A stretch of 42,758 bases of DNA, taken from Planctomycetota bacterium. GTDB lineage: Bacteria; Planctomycetota; MHYJ01; JACQXL01. The stretch is taken from contig JACQXL010000155.1 of assembly GCA_016208805.1 (NCBI GenBank), positions 1-42,758 of the forward strand, written 5' to 3'. This document shows, one piece after another, positions 22,327 to 34,964 of the stretch (its first letter is position 1; each line of letters begins with the position of its first letter). The translations under genes and the position numbers were made by a program. Under the pieces are notes generated by a model. It was given only the letters and a program-made list of their open reading frames with translations. It was not told the DNA's origin and ran no database searches.

Positions 22327-22755
22327 CTAAGTCGGATGGACCAGCCAGATGCCGGCGATAATCAGGATGGTGCCGATGACGCGCATCAATGTGACCTGCT
22401 CGCCCAGTATCAGCACGCCCAGGATGACCGTGACCAGCGGATAGGTGGCCGTGACCGGCACGACCTTGGAGGTGGCTCCGAGTTTCAGCGCCGCGAAGTA
22501 GGTGAGCATGGCCAGCAGTCCGGCCGTGACGCCGGTGAATGCGAATAGCAGCATCGTTCGGGGCGAGGTGTTGAGCACTTCCTTGATTTTACCGGTGGCC
22601 AGCACCGCGATGACCAGTATGAACGTCACGGTCATATTCCGGAAGATGAGCCCGATGAACGGTTCGGCGCCCTGGAGAGCGCGCTTTTCTATTATCGGCG
22701 TGACACCCCACAGCAGGGCCGTCAGAATTAGGAGTAAAATGATATTAGACTGCAT
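22327..22755 (-). CDS. small EamA/DMT-family membrane protein (single EamA domain)
   Basis: Multi-TM hydrophobic profile. LWGVTPIIEKRAL and ..VLILGEQVTLMRVIGTILIIAGIWLV.. are typical EamA ends. The likely start is MQSNII at 22755. Confidence 0.6.
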   Translation of the reverse strand: MQSNIILLLILTALLWGVTPIIEKRALQGAEPFIGLIFRNMTVTFILVIAVLATGKIKEVLNTSPRTMLLFAFTGVTAGLLAMLTYFAALKLGATSKVVPVTATYPLVTVILGVLILGEQVTLMRVIGTILIIAGIWLVHPT

Positions 22756-22882
22756 TGTTAAACGAATATAAGGAGACCATGAAACCATGATAATTTTCTT
22801 GGTTTCCTGGCTTCCTTATAAAGGGTCTACATAAGCGGCGGCCCGCCTACGCTATGGCTTCGGCGAGGCAATTATATAAAAT

Positions 22883-25090
22883 TTACATTAATGGAGGCAG
22901 CGTCAAAGCCGGATGGTTCACCTTCTGCAGGTGCGCCACGACTTCTTCCTCGGTGGTGGCAATGGTCTCATCCGCAATCAGGTCAAGCAGGTTAGGCACG
23001 CCCTCGGCCTTGGCCCGCGCTTCAAACAATACTCTTAAGTCATCCTTAAGCGCCTTGGGCATCCAGACCAGCCGCTTGATACCGCCTTCGGCCAGCAGGA
23101 ATTTCTTGCTGACCACATAGCGTTTGCTGTGGCCGACGAAGCCGGGTATCTGCTGTCCGCCGCCGACCGTGCCGGCCAAGGTGGAGAATTTCATTCCGCA
23201 GGGTGTCATCCCGGCGAACTCGCGACTGACCGTCATCACGCCGTTGGCCAGCGGCAGCACCGCGGCGATGCATTCAAAACAGCCGCACGAGGTCATCGGC
23301 TCGGACATAATGCTGTAGGCGCTCATCGCCGAAATCGCCTTGCGGGACGATTGGAGGATGAATTCGTTACAGCCCTTCCACTGTCCTTTGAGGGCATCCA
23401 CGGTATCGCCTTTAGGCACGGGCTGGTTTGGCCCGCGCGGGTTAATCTCATACGACGCCTTGCAGGTGAACCAGTTATAAGAGCCGCACAGCCCGGTCCG
23501 TTCCGGCGAGACGACGCAGACGTGGGTCGGCGCAAAACTCTGGCACAGCAGGCAGGAATAGAATGTATCGGTGGATTCGTCGGTCATAGAACCGACCCGC
23601 TCATCGCGTTTGTTATAGGCTTTCTTGGCTATCTCGCGCCATTTGAGCACGTCTTCCTGCTTGGTGTAAATCTTGACCTGGACCTTGTCCACAATGGCGC
23701 CGAATTCGGTATGGAACTGGGCGTGGATAATCGTGCCGATGTGGGCAATCTTGAAGCCTTTTTCCTTGGATTCCTTGCTGATACGAATCCAGTTCTGGTC
23801 GCGCTGGCCCATATGGAATACGCCCTGGGCCTCGTTGATGAAGTTGTGCAGGCGCCGTTCCAGGACCGGCTCAAAATCCTCCTGCATCTTGCGGCCGGCC
23901 ACTTCGGCCACGATGCCGATGGGCAGTTGCGTGCCGGCCGGGACATCGGTGATTTCCGGGCCGATGACTTCAATCTTATTGTCGGTCACCTCGTTGATGC
24001 TCTTGCTGGTGACGAACTCAAAGGCGGGCGTCTTGTTGCCGCCCATTTCCACCCAGGTATCCTCGCCCCGGATGCGTTCGCCTTCAAAGGCCGCCCCGTA
24101 AGAAACCGGAATCGGTATTTTATGGACCTGTATCTTTAAGCCCCTGACCTCCACCGCCTTCTGAATCATTTCTTCCGGCTTGACCGGAGAAACGACGTGT
24201 TCGTAGGTGCAGACGCCGGTGGGTAGAATCTGGCCGATATCGGTTTCGGAGATGGCCGGGAAGCCGTAATTAATCGCGCCGGCGGCCTGGGCGTGCTTTT
24301 CGTCATCCACCTCGCCGAAGGCCAGCACGAACGCGAAGATACGCATCTTGTTGTATTTGAGGTTGCGGGCGTAATCGCCGGGTTTGACGCCGCCGAACGA
24401 TAGCGCGGCCCGGGTGGCAAAGCCGAGCGCGTGAATCGTGGACGTAACATCGCTGCCGAACGGCACCAGCCGCGTTTCCCAGCCCATCTGGACGCCGGCC
24501 TCCCTGAGTTGGTCGGCCATACTTTTGCCGTTATTAGAGGCGGACATAAAGACATATAAGTTCTTTTCCTGCAGTTCGCGGGCAATCTTGACGGCCACCT
24601 CGGTTGACGGGCAGGCGCCGACGCAGGCGGCGAATCCGGGCGCCGTGCCGTCCACGAATTCTATCCCGCGCTTGCGCATTATCACGTCATCGGCCGCGCC
24701 CAGCCAGAAGTTGCCGTCCTCCGGACAGTTTTCCATTACGGTGTAGGGCAACGGGTCCTGCAGGTATTTGAGCGATTCTATGATTTCATCCGCAAACAGG
24801 GCGGCCATCCCGCAGTCCAGGGTATGACCGAGATAGGGCACCCATTTATTTTCGTCCGGAATGGGATGGAGCAGGGATTTGGCCTTGTCCAACAGCGGCT
24901 GGAGTCCGCCCACGGTATTGATATTCATTCCGAGCATGCCGTGCGAGATGGGCAGATAATAGCCGGTATTGGGGAATTCCACTTTCTTGTCCGGCCCGTG
25001 TTTCTTGAGCGCGTCGCTGAATTCCTTTTCGGCGCGGGAGACGAGTTTATGCGCCCCGCGAATGGCGCGTGTGGCGATTAATTTGGACAT
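22883..25090 (-). CDS. acsB: CO-methylating acetyl-CoA synthase (A-cluster subunit of CODH/ACS)
   Basis: A-cluster ligand pattern CLLCQSFAPTHVCVVSPERTGLC plus SCGCFECI. The N-terminus FPNTGYYLPI is typical of AcsB. AGGAGG RBS. Confidence 0.9.
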   Translation of the reverse strand: MSKLIATRAIRGAHKLVSRAEKEFSDALKKHGPDKKVEFPNTGYYLPISHGMLGMNINTVGGLQPLLDKAKSLLHPIPDENKWVPYLGHTLDCGMAALFADEIIESLKYLQDPLPYTVMENCPEDGNFWLGAADDVIMRKRGIEFVDGTAPGFAACVGACPSTEVAVKIARELQEKNLYVFMSASNNGKSMADQLREAGVQMGWETRLVPFGSDVTSTIHALGFATRAALSFGGVKPGDYARNLKYNKMRIFAFVLAFGEVDDEKHAQAAGAINYGFPAISETDIGQILPTGVCTYEHVVSPVKPEEMIQKAVEVRGLKIQVHKIPIPVSYGAAFEGERIRGEDTWVEMGGNKTPAFEFVTSKSINEVTDNKIEVIGPEITDVPAGTQLPIGIVAEVAGRKMQEDFEPVLERRLHNFINEAQGVFHMGQRDQNWIRISKESKEKGFKIAHIGTIIHAQFHTEFGAIVDKVQVKIYTKQEDVLKWREIAKKAYNKRDERVGSMTDESTDTFYSCLLCQSFAPTHVCVVSPERTGLCGSYNWFTCKASYEINPRGPNQPVPKGDTVDALKGQWKGCNEFILQSSRKAISAMSAYSIMSEPMTSCGCFECIAAVLPLANGVMTVSREFAGMTPCGMKFSTLAGTVGGGQQIPGFVGHSKRYVVSKKFLLAEGGIKRLVWMPKALKDDLRVLFEARAKAEGVPNLLDLIADETIATTEEEVVAHLQKVNHPALTLPPLM

Positions 25091-25202
25091 AGCGACCTCC
25101 TGTTACAATGTTTCAGTGTTTTATTGTTTTAATGTTACTGTCGCCTGAATTTCTCTCCCTTGATACCGCTTTTGATCAGATAATCTATAAACCTTTTCAG
25201 CA

Positions 25203-25532
25203 TTATTGATATATGGTTAGATAATGCCATGCCGTTGTAGATTCAAACTCTTCGGTCGTAATATATTTCTGGTTTCGGGCGATATATAATTGGGTACGCA
25301 CTTCTCCGGCCGAGCCCTTGGCCACAAATAAGAATTGGATAAACTCTTTATTAGAACCTCTTTCAAACCCTTCGGCGATATTGGAAGGAACTGAAACAGC
25401 GGCGCCACGAATTTGTTCCGCCAATTTGCGGTCTTTGTTAAATAATGGGCTTCTGGTCAGTTCGTAAACTTTATCGGCTAACTCTATTCCTTTTTGACAG
25501 ACTTGCAAATTCTCAAATCTCTTTATTCCCAT
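25203..25532 (-). CDS. four-helix-bundle protein (23S rRNA intervening-sequence protein family)
   Basis: FENLQVCQKGIELADKVYELT..AEQIRGAAVSVPSNIAEGFERGSNKEFIQFLFVAKGSAGEVRTQLYIA matches the family signature. Confidence 0.8.
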   Translation of the reverse strand: MGIKRFENLQVCQKGIELADKVYELTRSPLFNKDRKLAEQIRGAAVSVPSNIAEGFERGSNKEFIQFLFVAKGSAGEVRTQLYIARNQKYITTEEFESTTAWHYLTIYQ

Positions 25533-25572
25533 ATAACACTAAAACATTAAAACATTGTAACAATGTAACCGG

Positions 25573-27549
25573 TTAAACTTCCAGCGCCCTTCTGGCTTCC
25601 ATATCATACAACTTGCGTTCCTGCGCCTTCTGGATGCCCAGCGCCTCGCGCTTCTTGTTGATATGGTCAATAATCATCGCGGCCATTTGTCCCGCTCCAC
25701 GGGACTCAAAGGCCCATTTGCCTTTATATATTTTTTCGTATTCCTCAAAGAGGTATTTGGTCAGGGTCGGACTGCCCGTGGTCGGCCAGGTGACGCCGAA
25801 GACGACCAGCGCGCCTGAAGTAACAAAATATTGCCCAATCGCAATGGCCTTTTCAGACATCCATTCGGGCGCGCAACCGGCCACCGGTAAATCGGAGATA
25901 TCGTTGCCCAGACCGCCTTCGCGGACCATCTCGGTGCAGGCAACGAGTATGCGGCTGTTATCAACGCAGGCGCCGCAGTGTAATACCGGCGGCATTCCGA
26001 CTGCCTCGCAGACCTCTCTTAAGCCCTTGCCGGCCATCGTGGCCGCTTCCGGAATCAGCAGCCCTTCCTTGGCGCAGGCAATGGCCGAACAGCCGGTCTG
26101 GACCACCAGGATATCGTTACCGATAAGTTCTTTGACCAGGTTAATATGAACGTCATCGTGCTTGACCCGCGGGTTATTGCAACCGACCACGCCGACCACG
26201 CCCCGGATGCGGCCGTTGATGATATTGTCGTTGAGCGGACGGTAGGATGCCCGGAATGAGCCGCCTAACATATAATTAATCGTTTCGTGCGAGAAACCGG
26301 CTATCAGGTCGGTGGTTTTATTGGGGATATTGGTCTTGCCGCGCTTGGGATAATTTTCCACGGCCGTCCGGACTATGGTCTTGGCGATATTGAGGGCATC
26401 GTGTTCGTTGAATTCTATATGAGTAGCGCCCTGGATTTTGACCGTGGGCGAAGTAGTAATCAATTTGGTATGAAAACACTCAACCAGCCGGCCCAGGGCG
26501 GGCATAATGCACTGGACATCAACCACCATCGCCTCAACCGCGCCGGTGGCGATGGCCAGTTCCTGCTGGAGGAAATTTCCGGCCAGCGGGATGCCGTGAC
26601 GCAGGAGAATCTCGTTACCGGAACAGCACATCCCGGCGATATTGATTCCCTTGGCGCCTTTCTGCTTGGCCAAGTTGACTAGTTCCGGGTCGCGGGCGGC
26701 CACGGCTACCATCTCGGCCATCAGCGGATTGTGGCCGTGGACGATAATATTGACTTGGTCGTTTTTCAGGACGCCCAGATTAACCTTGCTGCGCACCGGC
26801 ACGGGCGTGCCGAACATAATATCCTGCAGTTCGGTGGCAATCATGGAGCCGCCCCAGCCGTCAACCAATGAGCAGCGGCTACCCTGGAGCATCAGGTTTT
26901 TATAGTCGGCATCGTCGCCCATATGGGTGCGCGACATCATCTCCACGATTTCGCGGTCAATGCCGCGGGGCGTGACGCCGGTTTCTTTCCAGATTTCCTG
27001 TCGTTTCTGGGGCGCGCGCTTAATCATATAAAGCCCTTTTTCGGTGCCGAATTCGCCGATGGCCTTCTGGCCCAGTTCTTCGGCTACTTTGTTAAAGGGT
27101 TTGTCCTTGGTGTCCCCGCCATAAGTGGCGGGGTCTCCACCGACAATGCCGAACTCGGCCGCGACTTTGAGCAGTTTGGGGACATCCTGTATCTTGTAGC
27201 CGGGCACATCGCCGCGGGCAGCGGATAAGAACGTGTGGGAAACGTGGCGCGAATGCTCGCAATGCGCCGCGGTGCCGGCCGCTATCATCCGGCAGAAGTT
27301 GCGGGCCGCTACCGTGTTGATATCAGCGCCGCAGACGCCTTTGATCTCGTCCGGTTTCTTGGGATTGAACCGGCAGGGGCCCATGGCGCAGTGCTTGCAG
27401 CAAGCGCCCACCTCGCCGATGGGACAGGGCTTTACCTTCTGCGCCCGCTGGAAAGCCGTGTCGTAATTGCTTTCTGCGGAGTATTTGAGCATTTCTATGG
27501 TGGCTTCACAAACGGAATTCTCGTTCGTCTTTTCGGCAGTTGGACTCAT
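25573..27549 (-). CDS. cooS: anaerobic carbon-monoxide dehydrogenase catalytic subunit
   Basis: N-terminal cluster motifs CPIGEVGACCKHCAMGPC, plus HGHNP and GVVGCNN C-cluster regions. 658 aa. Confidence 0.9.
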   Translation of the reverse strand: MSPTAEKTNENSVCEATIEMLKYSAESNYDTAFQRAQKVKPCPIGEVGACCKHCAMGPCRFNPKKPDEIKGVCGADINTVAARNFCRMIAAGTAAHCEHSRHVSHTFLSAARGDVPGYKIQDVPKLLKVAAEFGIVGGDPATYGGDTKDKPFNKVAEELGQKAIGEFGTEKGLYMIKRAPQKRQEIWKETGVTPRGIDREIVEMMSRTHMGDDADYKNLMLQGSRCSLVDGWGGSMIATELQDIMFGTPVPVRSKVNLGVLKNDQVNIIVHGHNPLMAEMVAVAARDPELVNLAKQKGAKGINIAGMCCSGNEILLRHGIPLAGNFLQQELAIATGAVEAMVVDVQCIMPALGRLVECFHTKLITTSPTVKIQGATHIEFNEHDALNIAKTIVRTAVENYPKRGKTNIPNKTTDLIAGFSHETINYMLGGSFRASYRPLNDNIINGRIRGVVGVVGCNNPRVKHDDVHINLVKELIGNDILVVQTGCSAIACAKEGLLIPEAATMAGKGLREVCEAVGMPPVLHCGACVDNSRILVACTEMVREGGLGNDISDLPVAGCAPEWMSEKAIAIGQYFVTSGALVVFGVTWPTTGSPTLTKYLFEEYEKIYKGKWAFESRGAGQMAAMIIDHINKKREALGIQKAQERKLYDMEARRALEV

Positions 27550-27601
27550 AATATTATTCCTTTCTATACCACGAAATCACGAAACAGTGGAAGGCACAAA
27601 A

Positions 27602-28378
27602 TTACCTTTGTGTCTTTGCGCTTTGGTGGTCAGGTATCAGGGCGAGATTGATTTTATCTATCTCTTTGTTAACCCTTTCGTCCTTCTCCTGCGTATTAGA
27701 TGTTTCTTTTAACGAATTAGAATACGGTATAATACCGATGACTTTTATGTTGTCAATATTTTCCGTTATAAAAGTGGCATCCTGAGGCGAGGCGACCTTG
27801 TTACCAATTGCACAAACTCGTTTTATGCCGATTTGATTTGCTAAATCTTTGATTCGCCGGGCGGCCTGGATGCTCCGCATACCGGGTTCTACCACGGTTG
27901 TCAAGCAGTCCACCGCATCGGTCGTGCTCCGGCCAAGATGCTCCACGCCGGCCTCCATATCCATAATTATGCGCTCGTTGCGGTCCAGGATAATATGGCG
28001 GACCAGCGCTTTGATAAGCGTGCTTTCCGGGCAGGCACAGCCGCCACCGCCGGTCTTGACGCCGCCCATCACGATAAGTTTGATACCGTTATGTTCCACG
28101 GCAATTTTGTCGGGCAGGTCGTCCACGTGCGGGTTGAGGTTGAACATCTGGCCGAACGAGCCGGGCTTGGCGCCGGTGCGTTCCTCAACCAGTTCGTTCA
28201 TCCGGCTGAGCGGAACTATTTTATCCGGATTGGGAAACCCGAGCGCCGAGGCCAGCGACGAGACCGGGTCGGCGTCTATGGCCAGAACCTTGAACCCGGC
28301 GGCAACCCAAGATTGGGCCAGGAGAGCCGCTATAGTAGTTTTGCCCACGCCGCCCTTACCGCTGATGGCTATCTTCAT
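27602..28378 (-). CDS. cooC: CODH nickel-insertion accessory ATPase
   Basis: P-loop MKIAISGKGGVGKTT and the CxC metal motif GGGCACPES. Confidence 0.85.
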   Translation of the reverse strand: MKIAISGKGGVGKTTIAALLAQSWVAAGFKVLAIDADPVSSLASALGFPNPDKIVPLSRMNELVEERTGAKPGSFGQMFNLNPHVDDLPDKIAVEHNGIKLIVMGGVKTGGGGCACPESTLIKALVRHIILDRNERIIMDMEAGVEHLGRSTTDAVDCLTTVVEPGMRSIQAARRIKDLANQIGIKRVCAIGNKVASPQDATFITENIDNIKVIGIIPYSNSLKETSNTQEKDERVNKEIDKINLALIPDHQSAKTQR

Positions 28379-28553
28379 TATAAGTACACTGATTGAGCAG
28401 AACTTGTCCCGCTCCAGCGGGATTAAACAGATTGGTATATTATCTTGAAATACTTAAGCGGTCAACTAATAAACAATTCCGCTGAAGCGGGACAAGCAGA
28501 AAGTTCTTGATATTCCCGGGCAGTTTTATATATTTGGCACAGAGGGGGCTACG

Positions 28554-29762
28554 ATGGTTGATGTTACCAATGTCTTCTTGAAGAAGTTCGTCCTGGCCGT
28601 CTGCCAGGCGTTTGAACTGCTGAGCCGACGGATTCACCTGCACCAGCAACGGGTCACCATTATCTGCCTGAACCTGGCCAACCGGCTGAAATTAAGCCCG
28701 GCCAATAAGACCACTTTATTCTATGCCGGCCTGATGCACGATATCGGCATCTTTCTGGCTCGCCGCAAGATTGATATCCTGAACTTTGACTGCGAGGATA
28801 TCCTGCCTCATTGCGAAGAGGCGTATTCAATGCTCAACCGGATTGAACTGCTGTGTGATGCGGCAGTTCCGATCCGCTATCACCACGATAATTGGTCTGG
28901 GCCGAACGAGTCGGGGTTAGCCAAAGACAAAATCCCGCTGTTAAGCCAGATAATCCGTCTGGCCGACCGGATGGAGGTTTTGATACGGGATGATAAAGGC
29001 CCGGCCGCCCAATCAACCGAGATTCTGAACAAGATTAAACACCACAGAGGCACATGGTTCAATCCACAGTTGGTGGATGCTCTGCTGGAATTGACTGGGG
29101 AAAGGGTGTTCTGGCTGACGCTCACGCCAGAGTTCACGGATAGTTTCCTGAACGAGTTTGCGCCTGAAGATACCCGTAAGGTTACGTTGGATAATATGAT
29201 AGAAGTGGCCTCGGTCTTTGCCCAGATAGTGGATTACAAGAGCCATTACACCAAGGGCCACAGCGTGGCGGTAACATCGCTGTCGCTGAAAATCGGCATT
29301 GCGATGCGCTGGTCTAAATCGGACCTGAAACGGCTCTGGGCCGCGGCGCTACTGCACGACCTCGGCAAACTGGCCATCCCCAATGAACTGCTGGAGAAAT
29401 CAGGCGCGCTGACGCCGCAGGAATACGAGATTATCAAGCGTCATCCCTATTTCGGCTATGTGATACTGAATGCCATTCCCGCCTTTGACGAGATTGCCGA
29501 GTGGACGCTTTTCCACCACGAGCATCTTAACGGCAAGGGCTATCCCTTCGGCGTGGATACGGACAATATTCCGCAGGGGGCGCGCATCATTGCCGTGGCC
29601 GATAAATATACCGCGCTGACCGAAGAACGGACCTACCATAAACGGACCTCGCCGGAAAAGGCGCTCCAGGTTCTTGAAGAAGAGGCCCGACAGAACGTGA
29701 TTGATAAAAAGATACTGGATGTGCTCAAAAACATTGTCCGCAAGAATATAGCGTATCTTTGA
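28554..29762 (+). CDS. c-di-GMP phosphodiesterase-type protein with a degenerate HD domain followed by an HD-GYP domain
   Basis: The first HD is LMHDIGIF..RYHHDNWSG. The second is LLHDLGKLAIP..HHEHLNGKGYP, a canonical HD-GYP. Confidence 0.85.
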   Translation: MVDVTNVFLKKFVLAVCQAFELLSRRIHLHQQRVTIICLNLANRLKLSPANKTTLFYAGLMHDIGIFLARRKIDILNFDCEDILPHCEEAYSMLNRIELLCDAAVPIRYHHDNWSGPNESGLAKDKIPLLSQIIRLADRMEVLIRDDKGPAAQSTEILNKIKHHRGTWFNPQLVDALLELTGERVFWLTLTPEFTDSFLNEFAPEDTRKVTLDNMIEVASVFAQIVDYKSHYTKGHSVAVTSLSLKIGIAMRWSKSDLKRLWAAALLHDLGKLAIPNELLEKSGALTPQEYEIIKRHPYFGYVILNAIPAFDEIAEWTLFHHEHLNGKGYPFGVDTDNIPQGARIIAVADKYTALTEERTYHKRTSPEKALQVLEEEARQNVIDKKILDVLKNIVRKNIAYL

Positions 29763-29841
29763 ACCATACCACGAAAGCACGAAAACTAGAAGACACGAAA
29801 TGGTTTCGTGTTTTGGTTATTTCGTGTTTTCGTGGTATGGT
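29763..29841. terminator. long hairpin between convergent genes, built from CACGAAA-type repeat words (possible bidirectional terminator)
   Basis: ACCATACCACGAAAGCACGAAA (29763-29784) pairs with TTTCGTGTTTTCGTGGTATGGT (29820-29841) in 21 of 22 positions. There is an inner ACACGAAA/TTTCGTGT hairpin. Related words occur at 22270-22300 and 27565-27590. Confidence 0.4.
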
Positions 29842-29843
29842 CT

Positions 29844-30587
29844 TCAGGCGGGCAGGCCTTCGTATGCCTTGATAACCGCATCCGGCGCGCCGGTTATCAG
29901 CGGCTTGCCCCTGTCCAGCAGAATCACCCGGTTGCAGAGCGTCCGAACATCGCTCATCGCGTGCGAGACAAATACTATCGTAACGTTCTTCTGCCGGAAC
30001 GAGAGCATTTTATCCTGGCATTTCTTCTGGAATACGGCATCGCCCACCGCGAGTATTTCGTCAATGAGCAGGATTTCCGGGTTGAGATGCGCCACCACGG
30101 AAAACCCCAGCCGGGCCAGCATCCCGCTGGAATACATCCGGATGGGCTGTTCAATGAACTCGCCGATTTCGGCAAATTCAATTATCGCGTCCATACGTTT
30201 CCTGACCTCCTTGCGGGTCATTCCCAGGATAATGCCGTTGAGCAGGATATTCTCCCGCCCGGTCAGTTCCGCGTGGAAGCCCATCCCGAGTTCCAGGAAG
30301 GGCGAGACCCGGCCGCGGAGCGTAATCCGGCCGGATGACGGCTTGAGCACGCGGGCCAGCAGTCCCAGGGTGGTGCTTTTGCCGGAGCCGTTGCGGCCGA
30401 TAATGCCCAACCGCTCGCCCGGCTGGATGCTGAACGATAACTCCTGCAACGCCTGGAACCGGGTGCTCCTGAATGATTTGATGGCGCTGGGCAGATGAAA
30501 GATAAACTGCTTTATCCCGCCGGTGATGTGGTGATACATCGGGTAATACTTGGAGACCTTGTCAAAAACAATAACCGGTTCGCTCAT
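29844..30587 (-). CDS. ABC transporter ATP-binding protein (polysaccharide/teichoic-acid exporter type)
   Basis: Walker A GIIGRNGSGKST, signature YSSGMLARL, Walker B ILLIDE. It is paired with an ABC-2 permease. Confidence 0.85.
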   Translation of the reverse strand: MSEPVIVFDKVSKYYPMYHHITGGIKQFIFHLPSAIKSFRSTRFQALQELSFSIQPGERLGIIGRNGSGKSTTLGLLARVLKPSSGRITLRGRVSPFLELGMGFHAELTGRENILLNGIILGMTRKEVRKRMDAIIEFAEIGEFIEQPIRMYSSGMLARLGFSVVAHLNPEILLIDEILAVGDAVFQKKCQDKMLSFRQKNVTIVFVSHAMSDVRTLCNRVILLDRGKPLITGAPDAVIKAYEGLPA

Positions 30588-30610
30588 ATTTAATCAGTAT
30601 AATCCGTGGT

Positions 30611-31387
30611 TTATAACACCTCCGCGAAACGCCAGCGCAACCCCCTATATATATAATAGCCGATAGCAAATATCAGAAGCGCCGGCCCGAGCGCTTTTAA
30701 GACCAGCATCATATCCACCGAGCCCTTCATAAACAGGTTCTGCCACGAGACTACCAGCGGGGTGAACGGGTTAAAATTATTTACAATAAAGATTAGTGTA
30801 GCGTATTTTTTCTTGTCTATTAAATCTATCGTATAAAATATCGGTGTGCCGTAGAAAAGAGCCGTTATCAGGAGGTTATTGATGCGCTCCAAGTCTCGGA
30901 AGAACAGGTTCAGGGATGCCAGCGTCATAGAGAGCCCGCAGATAAGGAAAAACTGGATGACGCACAGAAGCGGTATTCCGTAAAGCCAGACCCAAGACGG
31001 TTGCTGGCCGTAATAAAACACGAACACAACGATGACCGGCACGGATAACAGGAAATGAATCATATTATTCAGGACATCGGCCAGAATCACCACCTCTCTG
31101 GGGAAGGCAGTCTTCTTGATAAGCGATGCGTTGGAGATAAACATAAACGGCGCGGCACCGATGGAATTGGTCACCCACTGCCAGGGGAAAAGGCCGGCTA
31201 TCAGGAAGAGGGTGTAATTTTCTATCTGGATTCTCATTATCACCTTAAAAGCCAACAACGAAATTATCGTATAAAAGAGCGGGTGGGTAATGGACCAGAG
31301 GTAACCCAGAAAGGTGTTCTTATAGCGGACCTTGATTTCCTTCTGGGTCAACACCAGCACCAAGTCCTTGTAGTATTCCAAATTCAT
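30611..31387 (-). CDS. ABC-2 type transporter permease (Wzm/TagG-like)
   Basis: Six-TM hydrophobic profile. The N-terminal LTQKEIKVRYKNTFLGYLWS is typical of ABC-2 permeases. It lies directly upstream of the ATPase. Confidence 0.8.
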   Translation of the reverse strand: MNLEYYKDLVLVLTQKEIKVRYKNTFLGYLWSITHPLFYTIISLLAFKVIMRIQIENYTLFLIAGLFPWQWVTNSIGAAPFMFISNASLIKKTAFPREVVILADVLNNMIHFLLSVPVIVVFVFYYGQQPSWVWLYGIPLLCVIQFFLICGLSMTLASLNLFFRDLERINNLLITALFYGTPIFYTIDLIDKKKYATLIFIVNNFNPFTPLVVSWQNLFMKGSVDMMLVLKALGPALLIFAIGYYIYRGLRWRFAEVL

Positions 31388-31508
31388 ACTGATAGTCTCG
31401 AACGGGGTAAATCAGGGAAGAATTTATCCGGTTATCGGTTATAGATACCAGCCGGCTCCTGAGGTGTCAAGAAGTTGTTGTCTGTAGCAAGAACCGCTTT
31501 TGGCGGTC

Positions 31509-32024
31509 TCAACTCCGTCCGAGTTCCCAGATAAGATGGTCTATCTGCGGTATGAGTAATTTAGATAAGGCGAGTTTGACCGCATCGGGCGAGCCGGGCA
31601 GGGCGCAGAGGATAGCGGGCTTACAATTCCGGATTTGGCCGGCGATACCAAGGAACGCCCGGCTCATCAGGGCAGTTGAACCGATTTCCTTGTAACTCAG
31701 CATCCTGAAAAGTTCGCCGAACCCTTCCAGGGTCTTTGATAACAGCGGCGCTATCGCCTCAATGGTCACATCTTTATTGCCGCATCCGGTCCCGCCGGAG
31801 GTGATGACCAGTTGCACTACGACACTACGAATCAGGTCTTTAATGTGGCGTTGAATCAGCTTAAGGTTATTGGGGATAATGGTTTTGATGACGCATTTAT
31901 GCCCCTGGCGTTCAAGAAGGTTGGTAATAACTTTCCCGGTCCGGTCGGTTTTCTCGGTGCGGCTGTCTGAGGTGATGACGATGGCAAAGTTAACCTTGGC
32001 CCGCGGCAAATCTTTATGCGCCAT
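31509..32024 (-). CDS. moaB: MoaB/MogA-family molybdenum cofactor biosynthesis protein
   Basis: AIVITSDS.., ..LVITSGGTG.. and PGSP motifs of the MoaB/MogA fold. 171 aa. It starts 10 nt after the gyrB stop. Confidence 0.7.
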   Translation of the reverse strand: MAHKDLPRAKVNFAIVITSDSRTEKTDRTGKVITNLLERQGHKCVIKTIIPNNLKLIQRHIKDLIRSVVVQLVITSGGTGCGNKDVTIEAIAPLLSKTLEGFGELFRMLSYKEIGSTALMSRAFLGIAGQIRNCKPAILCALPGSPDAVKLALSKLLIPQIDHLIWELGRS

Positions 32025-32034
32025 AATCTGTGGT

Positions 32035-34960
<2,926 letters not shown>

Positions 34961-34964
<4 letters not shown>

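Noticed and set aside
22222-22548. 108-aa plus-strand ORF after the fibre fragment
   Set aside because: It starts in an imperfect AAGGAAAAA/TTTTTCCTT palindrome and then runs antisense to the EamA membrane protein gene. Its Asp/Gly/Arg-rich translation is an antisense artefact.
23129-24139. 336-aa plus-strand ORF, and other long ORFs antisense to acsB, cooS, proS (8095..8859), fusA (40215..41378), the ABC ATPase (29800..30498), cooC (27849..28448) and gyrB (33683..34657)
   Set aside because: All lie opposite genes with unmistakable conserved motifs. Their translations are Arg/Ala/Gly/Pro-rich, as expected for the antisense of GC-rich coding DNA.
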